Source of the DNA: Candidatus Woesebacteria bacterium
Lineage (GTDB): Bacteria > Patescibacteriota > Microgenomatia > UBA8517
Reading direction: 5' to 3'
Assembly (NCBI GenBank): GCA_003484955.1
Contig: DMZH01000001.1
Location: 151,848 to 215,847 of the forward strand
Length of the DNA: 64,000 bases
Below, piece after piece: positions 39,921-50,101 of the stretch. Made by a program: the position numbers and the translations under genes. Position 1 is the first letter of the stretch. The number at the start of each line of letters is the position of its first letter. A model generated the notes under the pieces. The model was given only the letters and a program-made list of their open reading frames with translations, was not told where the DNA came from and searched no databases.

Positions 39921-40984
39921 TGGTTTGTCAGTATATTTGTCGGTTGTTGCATTGGGACTGCTTGAGTTGTTACAAGTGATCTTCCTTCGACCAGAATCGG
40001 GGGAATAATTTCTCCTTTGGCCTCAAAATTAACGGGCATAAATTGATATCCGTCCTTTTCACTGATAATGCCGTATTGGCCATTATCAAGAGCGGTGACC
40101 GCCATAAAATGTCCGAGTTTGTTGCTTCTAAGAGCTCTAATGGGTCTGCCGTATTCGTCTCTAATCTCAATAATTGCTCCCTCGATGATTCTTCTTGCCT
40201 CGTCAACAACCTGACCCACCACTACGTTGGGATATGTAGGCGGGTTCGGGGGAGTGGCATCAATTGAAAAAATAGCTTCTCTGGTAGAAACTATTTCTTC
40301 TCCGGCAATTGTAGGATTAACATGCTGAGTCTGGATTTGTACTGTTTGAGAAATGGGTTGAATCCTTTCCTCAACAACAAGATGGGTAGTTTGCATGGGG
40401 GTTATTTTGACAGGTGTGCTTACAGGAATCTCCAGTTTCTTGGGAGTAGGGGGGGGTGTTGGAACGGCGGGAGCTTGGACTGTGGCCACAGGAGTGATGG
40501 GACTTTTAATTCCGGCAAACATTCCGGCAAGAGCAGCCAGAAAACCCTGTTCCGCACCTTCCAATTTGGCAAGGGGTCCGGCCATTTGTTTGGCGCTTTC
40601 CAAATAGTTTTTGAGAGCGGCATCTTGGTTTTGATTTCCTTGTTGGGGCGAAATGTTGCTAGTCGCAGTTTCATCTTGAAAAAACTTAGGCATTTCTTTT
40701 GTTTTTTTCCAGTTGAAAATTGTTGGAGAATAGATTGTTTTGAAAAACGACAGAATCCACTGTTCCAGGGGACGCTCCTCAAGAGGTATAAAAGCCATGG
40801 CAGCACCCAAAATTACAGAAACAATTGCAAACGGCCATTTGATTATTCCGATGAGGGGGGAGGAATAAAAAATTAGACCAACCAAAAAACCACCCGCGAG
40901 TTGGAAAAACTGTTTAAGGGTCATATCTCCCACCAATCGGAATTGGTAAGAAGATATATTTTGCGGAATCGGATGTTGTTCCAT
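39917..40984 (-). CDS. PrgI (VirB3-like) family protein with a Pro-rich linker and C-terminal carboxypeptidase-regulatory-like beta-sandwich
   Basis: HPIPQNISSYQFRLVGDMTLKQF, 2 TMs, ERPLEQW, then G.V.D.....IEGA.IEI.D..G....SN..G.F. Confidence 0.8.
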   Translation of the reverse strand: MEQHPIPQNISSYQFRLVGDMTLKQFFQLAGGFLVGLIFYSSPLIGIIKWPFAIVSVILGAAMAFIPLEERPLEQWILSFFKTIYSPTIFNWKKTKEMPKFFQDETATSNISPQQGNQNQDAALKNYLESAKQMAGPLAKLEGAEQGFLAALAGMFAGIKSPITPVATVQAPAVPTPPPTPKKLEIPVSTPVKITPMQTTHLVVEERIQPISQTVQIQTQHVNPTIAGEEIVSTREAIFSIDATPPNPPTYPNVVVGQVVDEARRIIEGAIIEIRDEYGRPIRALRSNKLGHFMAVTALDNGQYGIISEKDGYQFMPVNFEAKGEIIPPILVEGRSLVTTQAVPMQQPTNILTNQ

Positions 40985-41144
40985 GCTTTTAAGGCAGGGT
41001 GAAGAAAACCAAAAGCAATCTTTTTTGTCTTTACCCTATACTTCTAGGCTACAGCGTGAACGACTGCTTTCAAGTGGTATACTTTTTCACAACAAATAAG
41101 TATTAATCTTTTGCTTCAGGACAATCTTGTTATATAATTTGCAT

Positions 41145-43847
41145 ATGCCCGACGGTATGTCACCTGAAAATAAACCACAATCAAGCATTGAATTTATGAA
41201 ATCCCTCGGAGGGCCGACTAGGCTTCCTGCAAATGAGATAACAAGTCAGGCTGCAAAAGATTTTCCACAGCCTGAATCAAGAGCAAATGTTCCTGATATT
41301 AGAATGGAATTGAAAAAAAATCAAAATGAGCAAGATAGGGAATACCTTGAAAGGCAGTTATCTTATGAAAGATTTGTTGAAGATGCAGAAGCACGTATTA
41401 ACAGTACAACTTTGCCGTGGGAGGCTAGGATGGCTGTTCGCGATACCGCGTTTCAATTTATTGATGCGCCACCAGGTTTGGGTGACAACTGGGGTGTCCA
41501 AAGGCTATACAATTTTTTGAGTTCTAGGGAATCGGCAATTCAAAAATTAATAGCACCTGAAGCCGCAAAACAAGCCATTGGTTTAGATGAGGAACCTTGG
41601 CGAGACACAAGTCTAATTAATAGACAAGACAGAACCCTATTACTGACGTCTTTAATGGATACAAATAGTATCTCGAAAACCGATGCGGGGAAAATCGTTA
41701 AAGATAGAGAACAAAAAGCAAAAGAAAGGGCCCCGTATTTTTGTGAAGAGCTTTTGAGAAGTAGGGATGAGTTAGCACTTATTAGGAAATTAACTTTTCT
41801 TTGGTGGGGTTGGAGAAATTCGGCTTCAGGTCAAGAAGTGGGCAATTTCTACATGGAAAACAAAATTACATCCTTGCCACAGCCAAAAGATTTTGCAAAA
41901 CTTTTAAAAACCCCCTCGTATTTTATTTCAGGTGAAGAAAAATTGAAGCCTGGTGATGACAGAGAGGCACAGAAATTACCCGGTTATCCAAGTAAGGATA
42001 AAATTGAGAGGTTTCTTACTACTGTAGAAAAAAGATCAAAAGAAAATGAGCCAATGGGGCAAGTAATAGAGAAGGAGATGCGAATAATGTACACAATAGC
42101 CCTGGGTGACCAGCCAGAAAGATTAATGGAGTGGAAATTCAATGCAGAAAGAGGAAAGCTTAATGAAACCCTCGAACAGAAGGGTATAAATTTGGATTAT
42201 TTGATTCTAAGAGACAAAGGAATAAATTATCATGACCCAGTTGAGGATAAAAAAATACAAGATGTTATAAACGCCTTAAACGATTCGGAAAGGGAGGCAA
42301 TAGAAAACGCTTGGTGGAAACAACTTGGTTTTAAAAATGCGGCAGATGGAAAAGAAGTTATAGGCGACCCTGAAATGTGGATTCCTATAAAGGCAAGAAG
42401 GGGGGATCCCAATATTGGCGCAGCGTTACAAGTAGAATCGTTTGACAGAGATGCCAGGAAAGAACAAATTAATGGGGTCTTACTAAGTTTAAAAAAAGAT
42501 TGGCAGGACCTTTCCCCACTAAATAATCATACCCCTGCAGAAACAGAAGCACTTAGAAAAAAAATAAATGAAGAGATTAACAAGCTACGTAGTCTAGCTA
42601 CGGTGTCTGACAAGAACGGTAAATTAATTACAGTTATCCCGTCTCTGCCCCTAGAAAATGAGTTGAAGCTAAGGGGGCGAGCGACCAAACTAGGATGTGT
42701 TTGGGCGAGGGTGCAGTTGGCAGAAGGTAAAGAGGAATTATTTAAGAGGACTCTCCCAGAACTGGCAGGTGGAGACAAACTTGCCTTTGAAATGTCAGAG
42801 GCCGCAATGGGTCTTTTTGGAATACCAGCCAAATGGGGTTATAACATGAGAGATTATGACCCTTCTTCACCCAAGTTTGGCGACAGTGAATGGAAAGTGG
42901 ACGTGGAGGCTTGGCCGTACACTTCGGAATTCCAAAATATTTTGGCACTAGATAAATTTTCCAGGTACAAAGCTGAAGCTTTTGGACCAGATGGATCTAG
43001 AAATAGGTTTGGACCTCTGATGACAGATTATCTTACCGCAAATCTGATTAGGGATTATGACGAAAATGGAAATGAACTTTTTGTAATTTTTGACAAAGAC
43101 GGGAACTTAAGAAAAGGTAGAGCCGATGAGGGCCTTGTCATTGCGGATACCTCAAGAACTATTTTGCAAGAATGGGAAAAAGGAACCTCATTGAGCGAAG
43201 AAAGGTTGTGGAGAGATGTCCAAGAAGATCCTTTTAGACGTTTCTTATTAAGAAGCTTTTTTGCTGAAGGTAAAGCCGCTCTAGGACCCGGTGGAAATGC
43301 TCTGATGGACTTTTGGAGAAAGAAGGAATGGGACTTAGATAGAGACTTTAATGAGAAATTACTTGATGATTATAAATTGGCAAGGAGGGTAGCTTTAAAA
43401 GCCGAGCTTGACAAAGAGGACATATGGAGAGATATCGTTGCTCCAATTGATGATAAATATAAAGCCGATGCGGCAAATTGCCTTACAAGGTTAAGTCAGG
43501 CCAAAGATATAGCCACCAGGCAAGTGATAATGGAAGAATACTCTTCACTATATGCTAAGTGGAATGATGAGAGATGGAAAGAGGTTTTTAATTATGTAGA
43601 CCAAACCTGGTGGAATGGGGTTATGTCGACACGTTCTTGTGTCCAGTGGGGCATCCAGGAAGTCGAAGTTGCAAAAAAAGAAATTGGGGCCCCATTAATT
43701 CTTAATAGACCGAGTAGAGTACTAACAAATTTTGCCAAAAATGCCAAAAGTAGAGGGATCAATTTATTTGGAAAATACAGTATTCCTGTTAAAGATACAC
43801 CATCAGTTATGGAGTCTGCACGTAAAGAATTTGAATCAAAAAATTGA
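41145..43847 (+). CDS. Large charged hypothetical protein (ORFan-like, about 900 aa)
   Basis: Long open frame with no signal peptide, TM or recognisable motif. TATAAT lies 6 nt before ATG 41145. Confidence 0.8.
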   Translation: MPDGMSPENKPQSSIEFMKSLGGPTRLPANEITSQAAKDFPQPESRANVPDIRMELKKNQNEQDREYLERQLSYERFVEDAEARINSTTLPWEARMAVRDTAFQFIDAPPGLGDNWGVQRLYNFLSSRESAIQKLIAPEAAKQAIGLDEEPWRDTSLINRQDRTLLLTSLMDTNSISKTDAGKIVKDREQKAKERAPYFCEELLRSRDELALIRKLTFLWWGWRNSASGQEVGNFYMENKITSLPQPKDFAKLLKTPSYFISGEEKLKPGDDREAQKLPGYPSKDKIERFLTTVEKRSKENEPMGQVIEKEMRIMYTIALGDQPERLMEWKFNAERGKLNETLEQKGINLDYLILRDKGINYHDPVEDKKIQDVINALNDSEREAIENAWWKQLGFKNAADGKEVIGDPEMWIPIKARRGDPNIGAALQVESFDRDARKEQINGVLLSLKKDWQDLSPLNNHTPAETEALRKKINEEINKLRSLATVSDKNGKLITVIPSLPLENELKLRGRATKLGCVWARVQLAEGKEELFKRTLPELAGGDKLAFEMSEAAMGLFGIPAKWGYNMRDYDPSSPKFGDSEWKVDVEAWPYTSEFQNILALDKFSRYKAEAFGPDGSRNRFGPLMTDYLTANLIRDYDENGNELFVIFDKDGNLRKGRADEGLVIADTSRTILQEWEKGTSLSEERLWRDVQEDPFRRFLLRSFFAEGKAALGPGGNALMDFWRKKEWDLDRDFNEKLLDDYKLARRVALKAELDKEDIWRDIVAPIDDKYKADAANCLTRLSQAKDIATRQVIMEEYSSLYAKWNDERWKEVFNYVDQTWWNGVMSTRSCVQWGIQEVEVAKKEIGAPLILNRPSRVLTNFAKNAKSRGINLFGKYSIPVKDTPSVMESARKEFESKN

Positions 43848-43855
43848 CCTAATTG

Positions 43856-45454
43856 TTAGTGAGGCGCGACTTTGGATATTGTTGTTCCAGCATTGGATGT
43901 TTGTCTTCCGAATACTTCCGCACTTGCCGCTCGCCCAGACCTCTTATCGTATTGGGTTTGAGTGATTCTACCTTTATTAAGTTGATTTAATAATTGTTTC
44001 TGTCGCTGCTGCGCTGCCCACTCGATTGTTGCGCCACCAGTTCCTGCTATTTGACCAACAGTTCCTGCCGCACGACCAATATCAGTTCCATATTCAAACG
44101 GTTTGCCTGCAAACAGGGATTGAACCAGCTCCACAACCTTTGTTATCTGGCTAAAAACAAAGAAGCTTATAAATACCCAGATAAGTTGTGATTCTCCGCC
44201 GGATGTGCCTATTGAGAATGGAGGATTAAAGCTTGGTGCTGCACCTATTACAGCCTTCATTGGATGAAAAGGTGTGTTTTCTGCCACCTCCATGGGTACA
44301 TTCATGCCTTGTTTTAGGAAGAAAAATGAGAAGAAAATCATGATGACCAAAACCGGGTATACAGCGACATACGACGTTATTTGTTTAAGCCAGCCACCAA
44401 AACCGGATTTGTTGGTAATAGTTCCAAACAGAATTTGTAATGGGCCAAGCACAATCGTTATCATTAACATAGCAAAATTTTTAATCATCACAATAATTAT
44501 TTTGATAGACCACCAAAGGATTGCGAGTATTGAGAGTATTGCAAAAATTACCAGAAGGATACCCGCCCACCATTGTTTTCCGCTATTAGCAACAGAAAGA
44601 ACAGCATTAGCCAGAAAATGCCACCAATATGAATACATAATGCCAAATCCACTATTTCTAGTCAGAAATTGTTCAAACAAATCTGGTGGAGAGTACCCAC
44701 TCAAACCACCCGTGCTTATAATTGTGGCAATAAGTCCAATAACCACGTACATAAGGTCAATAACAAGACCTGCTATGGCATAAGAAAAGGTTATTAAGAT
44801 AAGAGATACGACCAGTTTTGGGATGGCGGACTGAATGGTTATCACGGTTTGGGGATTTATTTTGACCCTGAACATAATCATAAATGCTATTACAATTGTG
44901 GCGAAAACAAGAAGACTGAAACTAATATTTCTTGTAATTTTCCAAAGACGGAGGACTGATTCTCCTGCGTTTAGACCTACACCATCGGCGGCTTTTACTG
45001 TGGTTATGGGGGAAATCTTCTGCGAGAGATCCTTGACATAACCGACTCCAGAAATAGAACCACCGTTTACCGTTTGCATGTAAACCGATGCCAAACTTTG
45101 GCTGTTGGATACGCTAGCACTTGGATTTAAAATTTCTTGCAATTCATTTGGGAGAGCTGTTATACAATTGTCAATTTGTCCTCCCACAACACAGATAAAA
45201 AGGTCAGGATTACCGGGAACAAGATTCAAAATTGTCGAGAATAAACCATACACTACCCACTGGACCTGGGCGGCTGTATAACGTTCTCCAAAAATCTCAC
45301 TTGATGGCGAGGTGTTTGAATCATAAACTTTAGCATACCAATCAATTAGGCCTTGATTATACCAAGTTGCCTGAGCCTTAGCCTGAGAAAGGGGAGCCAA
45401 AGAGAAAAGGAAAGTAGTGCCGATTAGAAAAGATATGAGCAGTTTTTTAAACAT
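43856..45454 (-). CDS. VirB6/TrbL-like polytopic membrane protein
   Basis: Signal peptide (AKA-Q), W..TRNI......AF.IMF, LILITFSY.IAGL.ID, multiple TMs and a G/A-rich tail. Sits between the pilins and PrgI/VirB4. Confidence 0.7.
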   Translation of the reverse strand: MFKKLLISFLIGTTFLFSLAPLSQAKAQATWYNQGLIDWYAKVYDSNTSPSSEIFGERYTAAQVQWVVYGLFSTILNLVPGNPDLFICVVGGQIDNCITALPNELQEILNPSASVSNSQSLASVYMQTVNGGSISGVGYVKDLSQKISPITTVKAADGVGLNAGESVLRLWKITRNISFSLLVFATIVIAFMIMFRVKINPQTVITIQSAIPKLVVSLILITFSYAIAGLVIDLMYVVIGLIATIISTGGLSGYSPPDLFEQFLTRNSGFGIMYSYWWHFLANAVLSVANSGKQWWAGILLVIFAILSILAILWWSIKIIIVMIKNFAMLMITIVLGPLQILFGTITNKSGFGGWLKQITSYVAVYPVLVIMIFFSFFFLKQGMNVPMEVAENTPFHPMKAVIGAAPSFNPPFSIGTSGGESQLIWVFISFFVFSQITKVVELVQSLFAGKPFEYGTDIGRAAGTVGQIAGTGGATIEWAAQQRQKQLLNQLNKGRITQTQYDKRSGRAASAEVFGRQTSNAGTTISKVAPH

Positions 45455-45487
45455 GGCAGGTGCCTCTAATTGATTATTAGGATAGCA

Positions 45488-47914
45488 TTAATTTGGGTAA
45501 TTAGGTAGTGCTATTCCCGGTGCAATTACGGAATAAATAAAGTTCAAATCGTTCGTATAACTTGATATTTTATCTTTTTCGTTTTGATTTATTGGGGAGC
45601 AGTGTCCAAACCAAAACATTGAAATAAAAGTATTCATATCCTTTTTACCACACTTGGCAGCATATGAACTTGGTAAATTTAAAAAGAAGTCTAGTTGTTT
45701 ACTAAAATTATTAGTCGGTACACTTTGATTACCATGGATACCAAAATCTTCGACAGGATAGTTTACAGCCTCGTAATTACTTGCATCGGATTCATGAATC
45801 CAAATAGCAAGAGCAAATATTGGATTTATATTTTTGCTTTTTGACCTCTGAATAACATCATTATTACATTCTTTGAAGTACGGTTTGCCGGGACCTGTCG
45901 CATACCAGATCTTGGTTATATTTTCCGCCTCGGTTTTATTTAAACCATTCACCGCAATTTCCGGAATGGTTTGATTACAATTTATTTCACCGCCACTGCC
46001 GGTATCTTCATCAGAATTCGGTGCAAAAGAAATAGTGTCACCAAGCCCTTTAGGTCTGAGGGCGGTTTGAATACCATTTAAAAAGTATTCAGAAATTCCT
46101 CCCAGATGAGGAAGTTTTAAATCAGTGTTTGATTGAGAGATATCCGTACCCGAATAATCAATATTAGTAGATCCCGGTATATCTATTATCTGCCCGACGC
46201 TTCCCGCCGTGTTGGTTTTTGGGAAAATTCTCTTGAAAACCGCCATTGGACCCGCCACAAGGCGCGACCAAATATCGTCGGCGAGAGGAATTTTTGAGGT
46301 AGTTGAGAGGTTGATATAAACATCCTTTTTACATTCCTGGGTGGGAGTGGGAACGGATATTGGGCTGGCGTCAGGATAGAGACAATCTGCACGGCATTCG
46401 TTGGGCGCGCCCCCAAAATAGGTACATCTTTCATAACAACCGGTGGGGACAGGGGCGTCAAAAGTACAAGAAAAATTAGCTGTATAGGAAAGATCCCCCG
46501 TCAGCTGTGTGGCAAAAAGATCATCTCCTTTATTTGAACGCACCTCAACGGTATTACAGGAAGTTTCCGATGCAACATTTGTCGGACTCCCTACTTTGCC
46601 TTCTCCTTTTGGAGCATATGTATCTTGCAGGAGAGAACTAAGCTGGTCAGATTCTTCCATGTGGGAGAAAAAGAGAGTAGCGGGATTTTGATTTGAGAAT
46701 GCAATATTTTTTACAATTACATTTGAGTCTGACGTGCCTTGCGCGGATGATACTTGATCGATGGAAATATTTCCTTCGACATCCTCAGTTGAAGAGAGGG
46801 GGATATAGGAAAAAAGATCAGCATATTTATTTGGAACCAAGATGTTGTCAAGGCAAACCAGATAATTGATAGCGGGGACTATTACACAAGTTTTACCCTG
46901 CCATTCGTTGTAATATTTTTTATATTCCAGACTTGTCATTTGACGTGTCGGTTTTGCGAAAGGATCATCACTCCAGGGAAGGGGAGGAGTTCTTTTGTTC
47001 CAGTGGTTTGCAACAGATGTCCTTATGGCATCCTGAATTCCTGCTATGTTTGGAATTAGCGCAGATATTGCATCAATAATTTTATTGGACCCACTATTCC
47101 AAAATGACAAATCTCCATCCCAGGACCCGAGTCGATAGACGTCATTTTGAGCCTTTGTGTTATTGCCTTGATAACAACTGACGGGTTTACTTTTTCCTAA
47201 CCCAAGAACATCTTGAATTCGACCGGCGAATCCTCCTGAACCCTGTTTTGCACAGACAGCGATTTGATTATGATTTGTTTCTCCGACATTATTGATTGTA
47301 TTAATTCTTTGTGCATCTAAAATAATACCGGGAAGAAGTTTTTGGATAGGACCAGATAAATTAATTGTGTTGTAATCTGTGTTTTTAGCCTCTCCGTATT
47401 CTGCACGATTGATAACGCCGTTTAAGTACCAACTGACATATTCATTTGTCTTTTCCGCATCAGTAAGTTTGTCTGTTGGATTTTGAGAGTTAATAACGTC
47501 TTCCGTATTACCCATAAATGGCAGGTCTGCTCCACTCAGATCAATCGTAATTTGGTGACTGGGGACAGAAACGTTGTATGTGCAATAAACTTTACTTCCT
47601 TTTGTAGTGCAATTACCACCTCCTCCTGTGTATGTTTTTTCGATGGTTTCCTTCAAGGTGAGACTGTTTCCGCAAAAAGTTGCTTCACTGGCCGTTTGAG
47701 AAGTGCATTGGGTATTTGCTTGGTATGGACGAAGAGAGTTAAATTCAGTATCGGAAACATTCCCACAGGAGATGTTTGTATTGGCAGGAACTTGGGCATT
47801 TACAGTTCCAATTTCTAATTTCGAATTTCTAATTTCTAATAAAATTACAATTAATAAAATCACAAGAACTAAAAGTTTAAAATTCAAGATTTTAGATTTG
47901 AGATCGAGAATCAT
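45488..47914 (-). CDS. Secreted Cys-containing 808-aa protein with a C-terminal lysozyme-like (SLT/glucosaminidase-type) domain
   Basis: N-terminal hydrophobic segment and VNA-Q. C-terminal INPIFALAIWIHES..FGI helix-Glu motif. Confidence 0.6.
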   Translation of the reverse strand: MILDLKSKILNFKLLVLVILLIVILLEIRNSKLEIGTVNAQVPANTNISCGNVSDTEFNSLRPYQANTQCTSQTASEATFCGNSLTLKETIEKTYTGGGGNCTTKGSKVYCTYNVSVPSHQITIDLSGADLPFMGNTEDVINSQNPTDKLTDAEKTNEYVSWYLNGVINRAEYGEAKNTDYNTINLSGPIQKLLPGIILDAQRINTINNVGETNHNQIAVCAKQGSGGFAGRIQDVLGLGKSKPVSCYQGNNTKAQNDVYRLGSWDGDLSFWNSGSNKIIDAISALIPNIAGIQDAIRTSVANHWNKRTPPLPWSDDPFAKPTRQMTSLEYKKYYNEWQGKTCVIVPAINYLVCLDNILVPNKYADLFSYIPLSSTEDVEGNISIDQVSSAQGTSDSNVIVKNIAFSNQNPATLFFSHMEESDQLSSLLQDTYAPKGEGKVGSPTNVASETSCNTVEVRSNKGDDLFATQLTGDLSYTANFSCTFDAPVPTGCYERCTYFGGAPNECRADCLYPDASPISVPTPTQECKKDVYINLSTTSKIPLADDIWSRLVAGPMAVFKRIFPKTNTAGSVGQIIDIPGSTNIDYSGTDISQSNTDLKLPHLGGISEYFLNGIQTALRPKGLGDTISFAPNSDEDTGSGGEINCNQTIPEIAVNGLNKTEAENITKIWYATGPGKPYFKECNNDVIQRSKSKNINPIFALAIWIHESDASNYEAVNYPVEDFGIHGNQSVPTNNFSKQLDFFLNLPSSYAAKCGKKDMNTFISMFWFGHCSPINQNEKDKISSYTNDLNFIYSVIAPGIALPNYPN
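47807..47912. repeat. Two period-7 tandem repeat tracts in the signal region of the 808-aa gene
   Basis: TCCAATT TCTAATT TCGAATT TCTAATT TCTAATA (47807-47841) and AAAAGTT TAAAATT CAAGATT TTAGATT TGAGATC GAGAATC (47871-47912). Confidence 0.75.
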
Positions 47915-47951
47915 GTCTAATTATTATATCAGTTAAACCTGAGAAGGTTTA

Positions 47952-48233
47952 TTAGGGGAGGACTATATTGAAGTTTGTTACATCAACCCCTGTGATATTT
48001 GTGATTAACAAAAGAATTAGATAGGAAAGAAGAATAATGATAAGTCCAGCAATTGCGGAAGTCAGGGTTTTTCTGGCACCCTCAACAGCTTTTGGATCAC
48101 CCCCAGAGGTAATAAATTTAAAACCCCCAACTACAAGAAGAACAAAGAGAACAATTCCGGCAAAGCCAAGAGCATAGCCTACAACCCTTTGGAACAGAAT
48201 CCCGAAATCCTCAATTGTTGCAACGTCTTCCAT
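47952..48233 (-). CDS. VirB2/TrbC-like pilin 8
   Basis: Two TMs around GGFKFITSGGDPKAVEGARKTLTSAIAGL. Confidence 0.85.
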   Translation of the reverse strand: MEDVATIEDFGILFQRVVGYALGFAGIVLFVLLVVGGFKFITSGGDPKAVEGARKTLTSAIAGLIIILLSYLILLLITNITGVDVTNFNIVLP

Positions 48234-48287
48234 AACAAATATATTTTAAGTCAAATAGACATATTGAGCAAGAAGCTGCAAAGACCA

Positions 48288-48632
48288 TTAGATGGGTTTA
48301 ATTGTGAGGTTAAAGATGTTTATGCCAAAGAAAGTGTTAATTAAAGCGACAATAGCCCAAGCGGCAAAAACTATTACCAAGCCCACCAAAGCCGCCGTGA
48401 TTTGGTTCCTGGCAGACTCGGTTTGAGCCTTGTCTCCGCCTGAGGCAATCCATTTAATTCCGCCGATTACCAAAATAAAGAAGAAAATTACGGCCGCAAC
48501 TACCACAATAAGCCTAATTCCGCCACCAATAATATCGTTCAACTCAAGACCTGTAAGTTTATCAAGATTCTCGTCACCTAATGGCTGAAGTTTAATTGTC
48601 TGGTCAACTGCCTGTGCAAGTAATTTCTGCAT
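48288..48632 (-). CDS. VirB2/TrbC-like pilin 7
   Basis: GGIKWIASGGDKAQTESARNQITAALVGL core. Confidence 0.85.
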   Translation of the reverse strand: MQKLLAQAVDQTIKLQPLGDENLDKLTGLELNDIIGGGIRLIVVVAAVIFFFILVIGGIKWIASGGDKAQTESARNQITAALVGLVIVFAAWAIVALINTFFGINIFNLTIKPI

Positions 48633-48646
48633 ATCTTATGTGTATA

Positions 48647-49036
48647 TTATCGAATTATTAGATTACCTATGTCAAGAGTCAATATTGAAATACCAAAGAA
48701 ATACTCAACAAGCTTCACTATGGCAAAAACCGAAAACAAAATTACTATTCCTATTAAGGCATTTGTTATTTTACTCCTGGCATTTTCAATTGCTTGTTTG
48801 TCCCCGCCAGAGGATATCCACTGAATTGCACCGGTAACAAGAACAAAAAAGAAAACCAATGCCCCACCAATTAATAAAATATTAATAAGCGCAGGAATTA
48901 ATTTTTGGAAAAAACTGACTCCGGTCTCTTTACCCAGATCTCCCAGAGTGGGGTTGACGATGGATCCTTTATAGCTTGGGTTAGCCGGAGGAATTCCGAT
49001 GCCGTCATCAACACCTGCGATTAAGAAATTTTTCAT
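48647..49036 (-). CDS. VirB2/TrbC-like pilin 6
   Basis: GAIQWISSGGDKQAIENARSKITNALIGI core. Confidence 0.85.
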   Translation of the reverse strand: MKNFLIAGVDDGIGIPPANPSYKGSIVNPTLGDLGKETGVSFFQKLIPALINILLIGGALVFFFVLVTGAIQWISSGGDKQAIENARSKITNALIGIVILFSVFAIVKLVEYFFGISILTLDIGNLIIR

Positions 49037-49410
49037 TGGCTTTGGAATATTTGAATTTTACCGAGCAAAGAGAAAATGTCCAAGAAATCAATTCCGAATA
49101 TTGTACCTATCAAATCCAAAATAAATATTGATGCAATGACTACAACCAGACCAACGACTCCCGTGGTAATTTTCTTCCTGGCAGATTCTAGTGCCTGTTT
49201 GTCTCCACCGGATCCGATTATTGAGATGGCTCCCGTGATTAAGGTAAAAAGGAACCAAATTATAGCAACAACCGTCATTACACCGATAACCATGGAAATG
49301 AAAGTTGCCAGATTCATAAATCCTTGATCTTGAACCGTGCCCAAAGTTCCAAAACCTTTAAAACCCCCCTCTGGCGCTATTCGGATATTGTCTGCTAGTA
49401 AATTTCTCAT
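49033..49410 (-). CDS. VirB2/TrbC-like pilin 5
   Basis: GAISIIGSGGDKQALESARKKITTGVVGL core. Confidence 0.85.
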   Translation of the reverse strand: MRNLLADNIRIAPEGGFKGFGTLGTVQDQGFMNLATFISMVIGVMTVVAIIWFLFTLITGAISIIGSGGDKQALESARKKITTGVVGLVVVIASIFILDLIGTIFGIDFLDIFSLLGKIQIFQSQ

Positions 49411-49413
49411 GTT

Positions 49414-49767
49414 TTATAAAGTTGGAATGTTTGGATTAAGAATAAATCTTGGATCTCCAAATATCAATTGACCAAAAATGGCTGCCAGAATAAACGATCC
49501 GGCGGCAATAGCTAGCCCAAGCGCCGTCTGCCAAATTTTAGCCCAAGCACCCGCAACCTTTTTAGGATCGTCCCCCGCAGAAAGAAACGCATATCCAGCC
49601 AGAACAAAATTTAAAAGGGCATAGATGCCTGCCCCAACTATTAGAATCCAGATGACAGTTTGAATTAAATTTCCGATTCCTTGTCCTGGACTATCGGAAT
49701 ATTTTGCAACTGCATCAGGGGGAGTAATGCTACCGAAGGGGTTATCCTGTGCAAGTAGTTTTGTCAT
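49414..49767 (-). CDS. VirB2/TrbC-like pilin 4
   Basis: AGYAFLSAGDDPKKVAGAWAKIWQTALGL core. Confidence 0.82.
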   Translation of the reverse strand: MTKLLAQDNPFGSITPPDAVAKYSDSPGQGIGNLIQTVIWILIVGAGIYALLNFVLAGYAFLSAGDDPKKVAGAWAKIWQTALGLAIAAGSFILAAIFGQLIFGDPRFILNPNIPTL

Positions 49768-50100
49768 TTAAATAATATTTGGCATTCCAATAAGCTGTCC
49801 GATCAATTTTACTATCCAATAGGATGCAAATACAATAACAAAGCCGATTACCGCCGACGTAATTGTCTTTTTTGCCTGCTCCGCTTTTTGAGGATCACTT
49901 TGTCCGGCACTTCCTATCATGCCGATTCCTCCCAAGATAAAAAAGAAAAGAAGAATGAGGCCCGCAAGAACAAAAGCAATATTTATGAAAAGAGTAACTA
50001 TAGAACTAACCCCAGTTAAGCCTAAAAACGGACTTTGAACCGGCCCCACTACTCCGTTTCTGAAAAGCTCCTGCCCGAGATTGAAAGTAAGATAATTCAT
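49768..50100 (-). CDS. VirB2/TrbC-like pilin 3
   Basis: GGIGMIGSAGQSDPQKAEQAKKTITSAVIGF core. ATG at 50100 preferred as start. Confidence 0.82.
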   Translation of the reverse strand: MNYLTFNLGQELFRNGVVGPVQSPFLGLTGVSSIVTLFINIAFVLAGLILLFFFILGGIGMIGSAGQSDPQKAEQAKKTITSAVIGFVIVFASYWIVKLIGQLIGMPNII

Positions 50101-50101
50101 T

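Noticed and set aside
40985-41144. Stem AGGGTGAAGA...TCTTTACCCT upstream of prgI as a riboswitch
   Set aside because: It is a single imperfect stem with no recognisable aptamer, and cannot be supported without covariation data.
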